The notes: generated by a model not told the origin, from the letters alone. 64,000 bases of DNA from a virus (IMGVR_UViG_3300031524_000008:614-64613), one strand, 5' to 3'; shown: positions 37,133 to 44,784, counted from the stretch's first letter. Numbers and translations are program-made.

Positions 37133-37191
37133 TGCTTTCCTTTCATTTTTTGGGTGATTGGAGAGCAGTCCGACATACTAACTCTCTGAGA

Positions 37192-37323
37192 TGGTGAGTT
37201 TGATAGGATTTGCACCTATAAGGCAACTCTCGACGCTTCAATTCGTCCGTTTGCCACCAGTCTAGGGAAGCTTGAAGGACTTCCTTTGTAACCAGCGCGT
37301 CTGCTAATTTCGCCACAACGCTC
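37192..37323 (-). tRNA. Leu-like tRNA with 22-nt anticodon-loop insertion and enlarged V arm
   Basis: Leu-type D arm; UA-CAA-[22 nt hairpin]-AG. Confidence 0.6.
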
Positions 37324-37327
37324 AACA

Positions 37328-37403
37328 TGGCGGATAGGACGGGTATCGCGCCCGCTTAAACTTGATTGACAATCAAGTATTGATACTTTTCAAACTCCTA
37401 TCC
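37328..37403 (-). tRNA. tRNA-Asp(GUC)
   Basis: loop UUGUCAA, G73. Confidence 0.82.
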
Positions 37404-37408
37404 AAAAT

Positions 37409-37565
37409 TGGTGGGCAAGGAAGGATTTTAACCCCCGGTGTTCGATTAGCTGTTGATAGCGCCAGCAGGAGGTTTATTCATGCTTATTTCTCCTGTCGCC
37501 ACCACATACTAATTTCTATTCCAGCTTAGATGCTGGTGTCTTTCGTCTCTCTTGACTACTCACCC
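37409..37565 (-). ncRNA. 157-nt tRNA-like RNA with ~80-nt variable domain
   Basis: acceptor, D arm, CCAGC-AUCUAA-GCUGG, T-like arm, CCA. Confidence 0.65.
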
Positions 37566-37665
37566 AAAAGCTATATCGGGCTAACCCGTTACATGGTCAC
37601 TAGGAGTAAAGCCGCTATTGAAAGACGGACAATGTACCCTTGCGGGCCGTTTCTCTTTGATGTAA

Positions 37666-37739
37666 TGGCGGGAGTAAGGGGTTACGCTCCCCTGCTAAAT
37701 GCTCGACAGGCACTCGTGCTACTATTACACCACACTCCC
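37666..37739 (-). tRNA. tRNA-Asp(GUC)
   Basis: loop CUGUCGA. Confidence 0.87.
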
Positions 37740-37763
37740 ATTTTCATAAACAGTTCTTTTTTA

Positions 37764-37838
37764 TGGTTGCAGCATGACGAGTCTCACGTCAGCCTCTCCC
37801 ATGAACGCGGGAGTGTACTAATTTTATACTATACTGCG
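37764..37838 (-). tRNA. initiator-like (C1.A72) tRNA with 6/8-nt anticodon loop
   Basis: CUCCC-GCGUUCAU-GGGAG. Confidence 0.55.
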
Positions 37839-37914
37839 TGGTTTCAGAAGTTGGAGTCGAACCAACTATCTCAACGGTTATGAGCCGCGAATGAATTCCG
37901 TTTCACTCTTCTGA
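37839..37914 (-). tRNA. tRNA-Met(CAU), probably initiator
   Basis: loop CUCAUAA, GG D-loop and UUCGA T-loop. Confidence 0.8.
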
Positions 37915-37989
37915 TGGTCAGATACCCGAAGGTTGCATTCGGTATTTCCTACACCCCAAGTAGGCGGATTACTGTCTTCCTCGTATCTG
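37915..37989 (-). tRNA. tRNA-Pro(GGG)
   Basis: loop UUGGGGU. Confidence 0.85.
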
Positions 37990-37993
37990 ATTT

Positions 37994-38090
37994 TGGTTAC
38001 AGGGGCCGGTAACGCTCCGACTACCTCTTGGTTATCTCGTTGGCCTGAAAAAGCCATGAGCCAAGCAAGCTACTTTTGCTCCACCCTGCG
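37994..38090 (-). tRNA. tRNA-fMet(CAU) with 22-nt intron-like insertion
   Basis: C1.A72; CU-CAU-[GGCUUUUUCAGGCCAACGAGAU]-AA. Confidence 0.75.
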
Positions 38091-38095
38091 ATAAA

Positions 38096-38169
38096 TGGTC
38101 GGGAATGATGGTAACGCTCCATCGCCACACCGCCCCAAACGGCGCGTCCTACTATTAGACTAATTCCCG
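38096..38169 (-). tRNA. tRNA-Pro(UGG)
   Basis: loop UUUGGGG. Confidence 0.87.
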
Positions 38170-38174
38170 AAAAA

Positions 38175-38249
38175 TGGTCGCTACAGAGGCGTTTGCATCC
38201 TCTTTCTAGGCTTATGAAACCTGAGTCCTACTACATGAACGATGCAGCG
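38175..38249 (-). tRNA. tRNA-Met or Ile2 (CAU)
   Basis: loop UUCAUAA. Confidence 0.8.
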
Positions 38250-38302
38250 ATAAAAAACACTCACCAAATTACGCTTTACTAAGAGGCGTGGCGAGTTTGA
38301 TA

Positions 38303-38377
38303 TGGTGCTCGTAGGGAGATTCGCACTCCCACTGTCAACGTTCTCAACGTTGCTTCTCTGCGTTGGAATATACGAGC
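38303..38377 (-). tRNA. tRNA with GAG (Leu) anticodon and short variable loop
   Basis: loop UUGAGAA, 75 nt. Confidence 0.78.
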
Positions 38378-38381
38378 AAAA

Positions 38382-38455
38382 TGGTGGCACCGACTGGAAT
38401 CGTCCAGTATTTCCCGCAATTCTAGGCGGGACGTTCTACATTGAACTACGGTGCA
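38382..38455 (-). tRNA. tRNA-like RNA with 8-nt loop and shortened T-loop
   Basis: CCCGC-CUAGAAUU-GCGGG. Confidence 0.55.
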
Positions 38456-38501
38456 TCTTTCCAAGCGTGGGGCATAGTATAGTCGCTCAAAACACACGCT
38501 A

Positions 38502-38885
38502 TTAACACAAAATTCTGTCATCTAACCTCTTATACCTAAATAAGTGCGTTAGAGTATAAGCTATAAAGAAAACGTCAGTTATTCTTCCCGCCCAATCCGC
38601 TGATTGATTATCTTTTAAATACAGTCCAATAATCAAAAAATTCGAAATTAACAATATTGCAATTGATACAGCAATGCTAACTTTGTAGGATTTGTACCTA
38701 CAATTAATAAGGCCCGCCGCTCCTACGACAAGGAGGAAAAGCTGCCAGCCTATTGTATTTCTCAAATCTGGAAAATACATAATGGACCGATGATGAAGAT
38801 GCAATGCCAACGTAAATAGCGCAATAACAAACATTTTAGTAGATAGGAAGGCGTATACCGTCCTCGCTGATAGATTCATTTTCAT
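38502..38885 (-). CDS. 4-TM membrane protein
   Basis: same architecture as 24591 and 25697; GTGTAA-N9-ATG. Confidence 0.7.
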   Translation of the reverse strand: MKMNLSARTVYAFLSTKMFVIALFTLALHLHHRSIMYFPDLRNTIGWQLFLLVVGAAGLINCRYKSYKVSIAVSIAILLISNFLIIGLYLKDNQSADWAGRITDVFFIAYTLTHLFRYKRLDDRILC

Positions 38886-38907
38886 ATATCTACTTTACAC
38901 GTTATTT

Positions 38908-38964
38908 TGGTGGACCGTGAGGCGCTTGCAAGGATTCGTCGCCCCCTATGGTACATGACGGCCC
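38908..38964 (-). ncRNA. 57-nt mini tRNA-Ala-like RNA
   Basis: GGGCCGU/ACGGUCC acceptor with G3.U70, A73, CCA. Confidence 0.55.
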
Positions 38965-39023
38965 ACGTAAATTTTAATTTAGCAAACATAATCTGCCAAG
39001 CTGATTTTAAACAGGAAGTAAAA

Positions 39024-39098
39024 TGGTTGGCATAGAGAATTTTGCAATCTCGACCTATCGCTTATCAAGCGAGTGCTCTGCTTCTGAGCTACATGCCA
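39024..39098 (-). tRNA. tRNA-Ile(GAU)
   Basis: loop UUGAUAA. Confidence 0.87.
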
Positions 39099-39553
39099 AT
39101 CTTGAATTGCTTGAGTAGGTCTATTACTTGTTGCTTCGAAAAGCCATTCTTGCCTAAGTTAACAAAGACGCATACGAATTCAACATTCCCCTTAATATAT
39201 CCTTTTGAAGAGTCGATACGGTCAAGTGATGCGGTATTTGGTTGTGCTCTCTTATTAGGATGCGGCAAAACTAGCTCTACGTCAGTATAAGCACATTTAC
39301 CATTTTGGATTTGCCAAATAGATTCCAAATATTCTTTAGTTATAGAGCATTCTTTAGGTCTGGAACGAGCGTTTTTTCGGGCAAAAAGAAGTATTGATTT
39401 GAATGGGTCAAATGATAACGCTCTATCTGCACCCGCGCATTTTTCATCACAGAACATTGATGCTTTCCCTAGACGGAGACGGCGGTTATACTCTTTGATT
39501 TCCTTATCAAAGGGCTTACCGCATGTTGCGCAAACTAAAGTAATCGTTCTCAT
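39089..39553 (-). CDS. His-Me finger (HNH-like) endonuclease within the tRNA array
   Basis: CATC, FCDEKC, QNGKCAYT, SLDRIDSSKGYIKGNV. Confidence 0.8.
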   Translation of the reverse strand: MRTITLVCATCGKPFDKEIKEYNRRLRLGKASMFCDEKCAGADRALSFDPFKSILLFARKNARSRPKECSITKEYLESIWQIQNGKCAYTDVELVLPHPNKRAQPNTASLDRIDSSKGYIKGNVEFVCVFVNLGKNGFSKQQVIDLLKQFKIGM

Positions 39554-39593
39554 GCTCGCTTTTACACGCAGCGGTGGAGAACGGGAACAAAAT

Positions 39594-39669
39594 TGGTGGA
39601 CCTACTCGGTAACGCTCCGAGTCTTTCGCATTGCAAGTGCGATGTGCTATCTTTTATCACTATAAGCCC
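39594..39669 (-). tRNA. tRNA-Ala(UGC)
   Basis: loop CUUGCAA, G3.U70. Confidence 0.88.
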
Positions 39670-39775
39670 AATTAAACTACTAACATAATCTCTACGGCTG
39701 GCTGCGACGATTGTAGTCACCAAAAGCCTACACTATGTTGTAGTTCGAGTTGCCGAAGTATCTAATCGCGGCAAA

Positions 39776-39964
39776 TTACCAATGATGCCATAGCGGGGCA
39801 GAGCCGCCACTAATAACATCGAGAGCAAAACTGAGCAATTCAAAAAGTGCCAACAGGAAGAAAATCCCGCCGACAAGATACTTTGCCCATTGAATTGTTA
39901 TGTATGTCCACGCAACCCATGCAATGAGTGCGAACAACGCTGTATAGAATAGTAATATAATCAT
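39776..39964 (-). CDS. small 2-TM membrane protein
   Basis: GTGTAA-N8-ATG at 39964; hydrophobic. Confidence 0.65.
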   Translation of the reverse strand: MIILLFYTALFALIAWVAWTYITIQWAKYLVGGIFFLLALFELLSFALDVISGGSAPLWHHW

Positions 39965-39983
39965 ACTACTCTTTACACCCAAA

Positions 39984-40052
39984 TGGCTCGATAGTTCAGA
40001 ATACCGCACTGCTTCGGATATTATCGCCTTCTCAGGCCATCTGTCCCATCGA
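39984..40052 (-). ncRNA. degenerate tRNA-like element
   Basis: acceptor-like stem, T-like arm, CCA. Confidence 0.35.
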
Positions 40053-40070
40053 GAGGGCAGACGAATTAAA

Positions 40071-40144
40071 TGGCACGCATCCAAGGACTTGCACCCTGAC
40101 GAATGGTTTTGGAGACCATCATGCTTCTGTTACACCAGACGCGT
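40071..40144 (-). tRNA. tRNA-Trp(CCA)
   Basis: loop CUCCAAA, G73. Confidence 0.88.
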
Positions 40145-40146
40145 AT

Positions 40147-40225
40147 TGGCTCAATGTCGAGGGTTCGAACCTCGTTCCCCCCGCTTTTTACAGCCGGGAA
40201 TTTTAACCAGTTAAACTAACAAAGA
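40147..40225 (-). tRNA. tRNA-like RNA with enlarged anticodon loop
   Basis: canonical GG and UUCGA; loop ~GCUGUAAAAAG; weak acceptor. Confidence 0.55.
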
Positions 40226-40302
40226 TGGTCGCCACCGGACGTTATTCTCGTCTTTCTTCGGCCTTCATGTGGCCGCTGTTCTAATATGTTGAACTAATGG
40301 CG
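40226..40302 (-). tRNA. tRNA-like RNA, loop ACAUGAA (no U33)
   Basis: cloverleaf with atypical T-loop, CCA. Confidence 0.55.
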
Positions 40303-40304
40303 AT

Positions 40305-40378
40305 TGGGGCAAAGGGTGGGATTTTAACCCACGTTTCCGCTTTTAAGGGCGACGTTCTGAACGCTAAACTACCTTCGC
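40305..40378 (-). tRNA. tRNA-like RNA with 8-nt loop CCUUAAAA
   Basis: cloverleaf, C73, CCA. Confidence 0.55.
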
Positions 40379-40390
40379 ATGGTACTAAAA

Positions 40391-40465
40391 TGGAGCGGGT
40401 AGGGGAATTCGCATCCCCACGCAAGCGTTGGCAACGCCCGATGCTAGCTATTACATCATACCCGC
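40391..40465 (-). tRNA. tRNA-Gly(GCC)
   Basis: loop UUGCCAA, U73. Confidence 0.88.
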
Positions 40466-40466
40466 A

Positions 40467-40531
40467 TGGCGCTTCGGTTTACCGAATTCTCTCTCATACA
40501 GTTGAGAGCGTTTTAGTTATTAAACTAGCGC
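40467..40531 (-). ncRNA. miniature tRNA-like RNA
   Basis: short acceptor, D arm, CUCUCA-ACUGUA-UGAGAG, 4-nt T-loop, CCA. Confidence 0.5.
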
Positions 40532-40779
40532 AAAAATTGGGGATAGCACACGTTTGACGGCGTGCTATCCTTTCCAAAAACTAACACCTATTCAGAGTTC
40601 CGCGCCACTCTAGGTGGTTTGGTAAGCCGGATTGCTCTTTTCGAGGGTGTTGACCGGACATTTGTTCCATTCAGGCTGGAACTCTAAAAGCGCCTTCTGA
40701 GTTTCTTTCGACGGCCTCCCTCTTCGGGTCGGTGTTCCATCGTTTCCACTATATGTTCTAAAAAATCTGTTTTGCGACT

Positions 40780-40815
40780 AAAAAACCCGCTGTCTTTTTC
40801 TGAGAGCAAGCGGGT
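40780..40815 (-). terminator. intrinsic terminator of the putative attenuator upstream of the tRNA array
   Basis: ACCCGCU...AGCGGGU followed by a U run. Confidence 0.8.
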
Positions 40816-40845
40816 CGTCGTCTTTCCTATCTGGCTTGCTACTCT

Positions 40846-40971
40846 CTAATCTGCTGTATCTCCCGGCTTTTCCTCAGAGGTCAGATAGGCAGACCATCTT
40901 TGGGCGTCACACCCGCCTATTTCGAGGCTCGGCTGACTATATGTAAAGTTTCTATTTAAAATCGGTTTCAT
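40846..40971 (-). CDS. putative 41-aa attenuation leader peptide
   Basis: MKPILNRNFTYSQPSLEIGGCDAQRWSAYLTSEEKPGDTAD*, starts just after the promoter; stop abuts the antiterminator strand. Confidence 0.6.
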   Translation of the reverse strand: MKPILNRNFTYSQPSLEIGGCDAQRWSAYLTSEEKPGDTAD

Positions 40972-40982
40972 CGTTATACTAT

Positions 40983-41069
40983 ATCTTACACTCTGTTTCG
41001 TCTTTTGTCAACTTTTTCTGTAAGATTTTCTTTGTTTCTTCACTCTACCTCAGTTTTTTTCGTTGTCAA
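40983..41069 (-). promoter_or_regulatory. tandem sigma70-type promoters for the tRNA operon
   Basis: TTGACA(41011)-N17-TAAGAT and a second TTGACA(41069)...TAGAGT. Confidence 0.75.
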
Positions 41070-41126
41070 CAGAGTTTTTCGTTTTCTTTTTGGTTTCGAT
41101 TCACTCTGTTTGTTTCTAAGGTTCCT

Positions 41127-41675
41127 CTATCCTACTGCATTTTGGTCTTTCGTCAACAGCTTTTTCAAAAATTCTTCAAGTCTTGCGGAATCTTCTCGGT
41201 TGTGGGGGTTAAAAGTTGCTAAATCGAAGCGAGGAATTGCTTTTGTGCCAGCGATTCTCCATCCGTGACCTGTTCCCCCAAAGCCTTGTTTTGAATGATT
41301 CAGAAAAGCAATACACGCATTAGCCCTAGAGAGAATTCCGGCATTTCTGTTCATCATCTGCTTTGCGCCTTTTGAAAGCTGGTCGTAAACAGGATGATGG
41401 GCACGAGCTATGAACTCCCACTCGGGATTGTCCTGCCACGTAACCAAATTCTTTTCGACAATCAGTTCTTCGTTATATGTCTTCCAAGGAAGATAAAGAA
41501 TCACATGGGATGGACTAACACGATTTCCGCCACGGGCAAAGGCGGCGTCAGAACCTAAAGCGTTTCCCGTCGCAATATAACCTCCTGATAAAACGATGAC
41601 CTCGCCTATTTTTTCCATAATAGCAGCAGTCCATAAGGAAATATCACGAGAACCTATACATGCAATTCTTACCAT
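41127..41675 (-). CDS. DprA/SLOG-family protein
   Basis: ACIGSR, TGNALGSDAAF, RN, GGTG. Confidence 0.75.
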   Translation of the reverse strand: MVRIACIGSRDISLWTAAIMEKIGEVIVLSGGYIATGNALGSDAAFARGGNRVSPSHVILYLPWKTYNEELIVEKNLVTWQDNPEWEFIARAHHPVYDQLSKGAKQMMNRNAGILSRANACIAFLNHSKQGFGGTGHGWRIAGTKAIPRFDLATFNPHNREDSARLEEFLKKLLTKDQNAVG

Positions 41676-41677
41676 AA

Positions 41678-42343
41678 TTAATGCCCTGATAAAGTATTCT
41701 TATCGTGATGGTCTATTACAACAGTTTGCTTTCCCCTCATAATCTCCATTACATCCTGAAATGACACGGGGCCACCAAAGTTGTCGATGCCGCAATCGAG
41801 AGCTTTATCATCAAGAGCTTTTGGATTACGCCCTTCATCGTTACCGTGACTATGGCCGCTCAACGCAATAGAGCCGTGCTGCATTTCATCCCAAATACGA
41901 AATGGAAAGTGCGAAGCAACATAAGGCACACCATCAATGCGTCCAAGTACATAGTCGCCCAAAAACATTACTTTATTACCATACGCTAAAGGATATACCT
42001 CAACTAACGCGCTTCCATACTGTCGAAGGACTTCACTCTTATATACGGCTTTCACGCCGCTATTATGGTTTCCCCATAGTAAATAGATGTACCCATTTAG
42101 CTCTGAAAGTAATTGCTTAAAGCGCGAACCATCAGGGTCGTTGAATACAAAATCACCAAGACAAAGAACGTTATCGTCCTTTCCTACAAGGTTATTCCAA
42201 TTCTTTTTTACACCCTCGTCATGCGATTGAATATCTGAGTAGCCCCGAGGCTTCCACAAGAATTCGCGGTCATGGTGAAAGTGTGTGTCTGACACAATCC
42301 ATAATGGGGTTTTTTTAGTATTAAAATTTACGTGTTGTGACAT
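41678..42343 (-). CDS. calcineurin-like metallophosphoesterase
   Basis: SDTHF, LGD, GNHN, GHSHG. Confidence 0.9.
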   Translation of the reverse strand: MSQHVNFNTKKTPLWIVSDTHFHHDREFLWKPRGYSDIQSHDEGVKKNWNNLVGKDDNVLCLGDFVFNDPDGSRFKQLLSELNGYIYLLWGNHNSGVKAVYKSEVLRQYGSALVEVYPLAYGNKVMFLGDYVLGRIDGVPYVASHFPFRIWDEMQHGSIALSGHSHGNDEGRNPKALDDKALDCGIDNFGGPVSFQDVMEIMRGKQTVVIDHHDKNTLSGH

Positions 42344-42344
42344 A

Positions 42345-42794
42345 TTATTCTACATTGCATACGAATCCAAACTCACCAACGGTAGGAATTACGAAATTGT
42401 TAAATTGCTTTTCAATTACATCTTCGGGTACTTGACGCACTCGACCCTTATTTCTCAATTTAAGAACGTCTAATGGCACTCGAAAAACATACGCTGCTGT
42501 TTCTGCGTCACATCGTTTTGCTATGTCTAGGAAATCTTTTCGCGCTTTCAAATGATAATTGCAAGCGTCTATTAAAACAGATTTACCCTGTTTCAACAGA
42601 TGCTCGGTAACTGCATATACTGTTTGAAAAACCTTTCCGCTAACGGTTTGGTCGCCTTCACCATTACCAACGATTGCGCGAAACTCATCAGTGGAAAGAC
42701 GTACGACCGAAGGGTTAAGTGAGACATAATCTTTCGAAAAGCGAGTCTTGCCAGATGCAACGCATCCGACCATAAGTATTAATGTTGGTTTCAT
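42345..42794 (-). CDS. polynucleotide kinase-like P-loop kinase (AAA_33)
   Basis: GCVASGKT, STDEFR, IDA, RN..R...VPEDVI. Confidence 0.85.
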   Translation of the reverse strand: MKPTLILMVGCVASGKTRFSKDYVSLNPSVVRLSTDEFRAIVGNGEGDQTVSGKVFQTVYAVTEHLLKQGKSVLIDACNYHLKARKDFLDIAKRCDAETAAYVFRVPLDVLKLRNKGRVRQVPEDVIEKQFNNFVIPTVGEFGFVCNVE

Positions 42795-42825
42795 TTCGTT
42801 TATATTATGCGATTTTCAAATAATG

Positions 42826-44013
42826 TCAATCACTTTCATCTTTATCCGCAGCGCCACCGAATGAGCGATTGCAGTCGAACTGAGCATAATTTGGTCGGCC
42901 AGTCGCGAACGTTTTCTCAATTCCATCCACGGTTTCCGTCAACTTTCCAGTGTATCCGTAAAAGAAAATCGTGGCAGTCTTACCAACATAATTTTCAGGA
43001 TGTACCCAAATATCCTTCGCCTGTTCAAACGTTCCCTTGATATTAGCCTTGAAAGTACGCCCGTCTTTCATCAAACACACAACTTTGCCAGCGGTGCCAG
43101 CGCGATTTCCGATACCTTCTTCAACCCCGACGATTTTAAATTCTTCGTCGTCAGTAGGCTTTACCTTCAAAAGATTCGATGAGCGTTTGTTCTCATAGGG
43201 AGCGCCCAAAATACGAACGATAGAACCTTCTTCCCCAGCGTTAATATCATCAGCGAACATCCTCATTACATCCTCGTGAGTATTCGCAACACGCGTAAAG
43301 ACCTGACAGTAATATGGGTTGGAAGAGAAATTCTTTTTGATTGCAGCGGAACGTGCGCGATAGTTAGTTTCCTTCTCAACACCATCATACCCATATCCAT
43401 CATAAATATAAAACCGTACCAGCTTCTCGCTTTTATCAAGGTCAGCTTGCGTGATATGAACGGTCTTACGAATTAGCTTCATTACTTCATTAAGCTTCTG
43501 ACCAAAATTAGGAGCGTATAGTTCTCCATCAATCACCGCATCGGGCCATAAAGCAAAAAACGATTTCATAGACTCAAAAATATGAGGCACAGAAATATAA
43601 CGTTCACCCTTACGGGAAAACAAACCATGGCGCGTAGCAACACAACGGCCACCGTTGAATTTTAGTTGGACGCCAACCGGATATACCACTTTATCCAAGC
43701 GTTCGAGATACTTTTTTGCAAGCATCGGCTGTACGAACTGAACATTGTCAATATCCGCGATGTTTTCGAAGTAGCCACCTGATTTGAGTTGTTTATCATA
43801 TCGTGCTTGAGCCTCTTTCATTGCTTGGTCTTCGGGAGACGTTTCGTTGCCGCGACCGATGTTCTTTCCTGCACAAACTGTGGGTTTTGCACGAACAGAT
43901 TGACCGTTTTGTTGCCCCGAAACGGTAAAAAAACTATTTCCATCTACAAAAATTTGCCATTCTTGTACCGCGTTTGTTGATGTCCGAGAATAAAGTTTAG
44001 GAAATGTGTGCAT
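42826..44013 (-). CDS. ATP-dependent DNA ligase
   Basis: PMLA, KFNGGR, IDGELY, YIYD, EGSIVR, KRSSNLLKVK, OB fold. Confidence 0.9.
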   Translation of the reverse strand: MHTFPKLYSRTSTNAVQEWQIFVDGNSFFTVSGQQNGQSVRAKPTVCAGKNIGRGNETSPEDQAMKEAQARYDKQLKSGGYFENIADIDNVQFVQPMLAKKYLERLDKVVYPVGVQLKFNGGRCVATRHGLFSRKGERYISVPHIFESMKSFFALWPDAVIDGELYAPNFGQKLNEVMKLIRKTVHITQADLDKSEKLVRFYIYDGYGYDGVEKETNYRARSAAIKKNFSSNPYYCQVFTRVANTHEDVMRMFADDINAGEEGSIVRILGAPYENKRSSNLLKVKPTDDEEFKIVGVEEGIGNRAGTAGKVVCLMKDGRTFKANIKGTFEQAKDIWVHPENYVGKTATIFFYGYTGKLTETVDGIEKTFATGRPNYAQFDCNRSFGGAADKDESD

Positions 44014-44043
44014 GAGACTACTTTAAGGAGTATTTTACAAAAG

Positions 44044-44265
44044 TCAAGTATTTTTTAAGGATGCAAGTCCTGTAGTCCACCATGCGCCGTCTTTGAATCT
44101 TAGGTACGTAAACATACCGTTTTTAGCTTCCAAGTAAGCTAATGTCAAATCGTCTGGCTCAATTCTTTTAACTGTAAAAGATGTAAGCGAAAGTTCTCCG
44201 TTATCTTTAACGGCTATATCTATTTCTTCTCCTAGCGTTATTGTATCTTGTATTTTCGAACTCAT
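44044..44265 (-). CDS. hypothetical protein
   Basis: ATGA overlap. Confidence 0.55.
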   Translation of the reverse strand: MSSKIQDTITLGEEIDIAVKDNGELSLTSFTVKRIEPDDLTLAYLEAKNGMFTYLRFKDGAWWTTGLASLKNT

Positions 44266-44783
44266 AAAATTTGATGTTTTATAAATAAATCTCTAACATT
44301 CATTGTTATTTTACCAAGATAATTAGTACCTATTCCGTCACATATACCCCATGTAGTATCCCTCCAAGAGTTCGTCTCTTCTAGGTAACGCGCTCCGGTT
44401 TCAAGCAGCTTTGCGCGTAAGTCGCGATGTCGAAAAAATTTGTCGAACACAACCGCTAGCATTACATCCTTACGTACTCCTTTAATTTCCCAATCGTCGC
44501 GCATTTTAACGCTCTTTCCCCATTTTTTTACTTCTCTTGCTGGCATCGCAGCTACAATCTCATACTGTTTTTCATACCATTCTTTATAATCGTCTTCATC
44601 ATCAGGAATCACAGGAATCAACTTTGCAAATTGAAATGCGTTCTCGGTACGTCTAAACCATCTACCACCATAATAAACAGAAGCATCATAAAAATTAGAC
44701 AAAAAACGATACGGCCCGAAGAACCCACAAACTTCGTGCTCAGTGTGTCTGGCATATGAAGGTATTTCGGTATCGTAGTTCAT
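44262..44783 (-). CDS. NADAR (YbiA-like) protein
   Basis: FLSNFY, ENAFQFAK, KF, LLETG, DTTWG, NYLGK. Confidence 0.9.
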   Translation of the reverse strand: MNYDTEIPSYARHTEHEVCGFFGPYRFLSNFYDASVYYGGRWFRRTENAFQFAKLIPVIPDDEDDYKEWYEKQYEIVAAMPAREVKKWGKSVKMRDDWEIKGVRKDVMLAVVFDKFFRHRDLRAKLLETGARYLEETNSWRDTTWGICDGIGTNYLGKITMNVRDLFIKHQIL

Positions 44784-44784
44784 A

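Noticed and set aside
27409-40557. Many 60-130 aa ORFs in the ORF track across the array
   Set aside because: They overlap tRNA genes and are artefacts of GC-rich structured RNA
40800-40970. T-box riboswitch
   Set aside because: No UGGNACC T-box bulge or specifier stem; a leader-peptide model fits better
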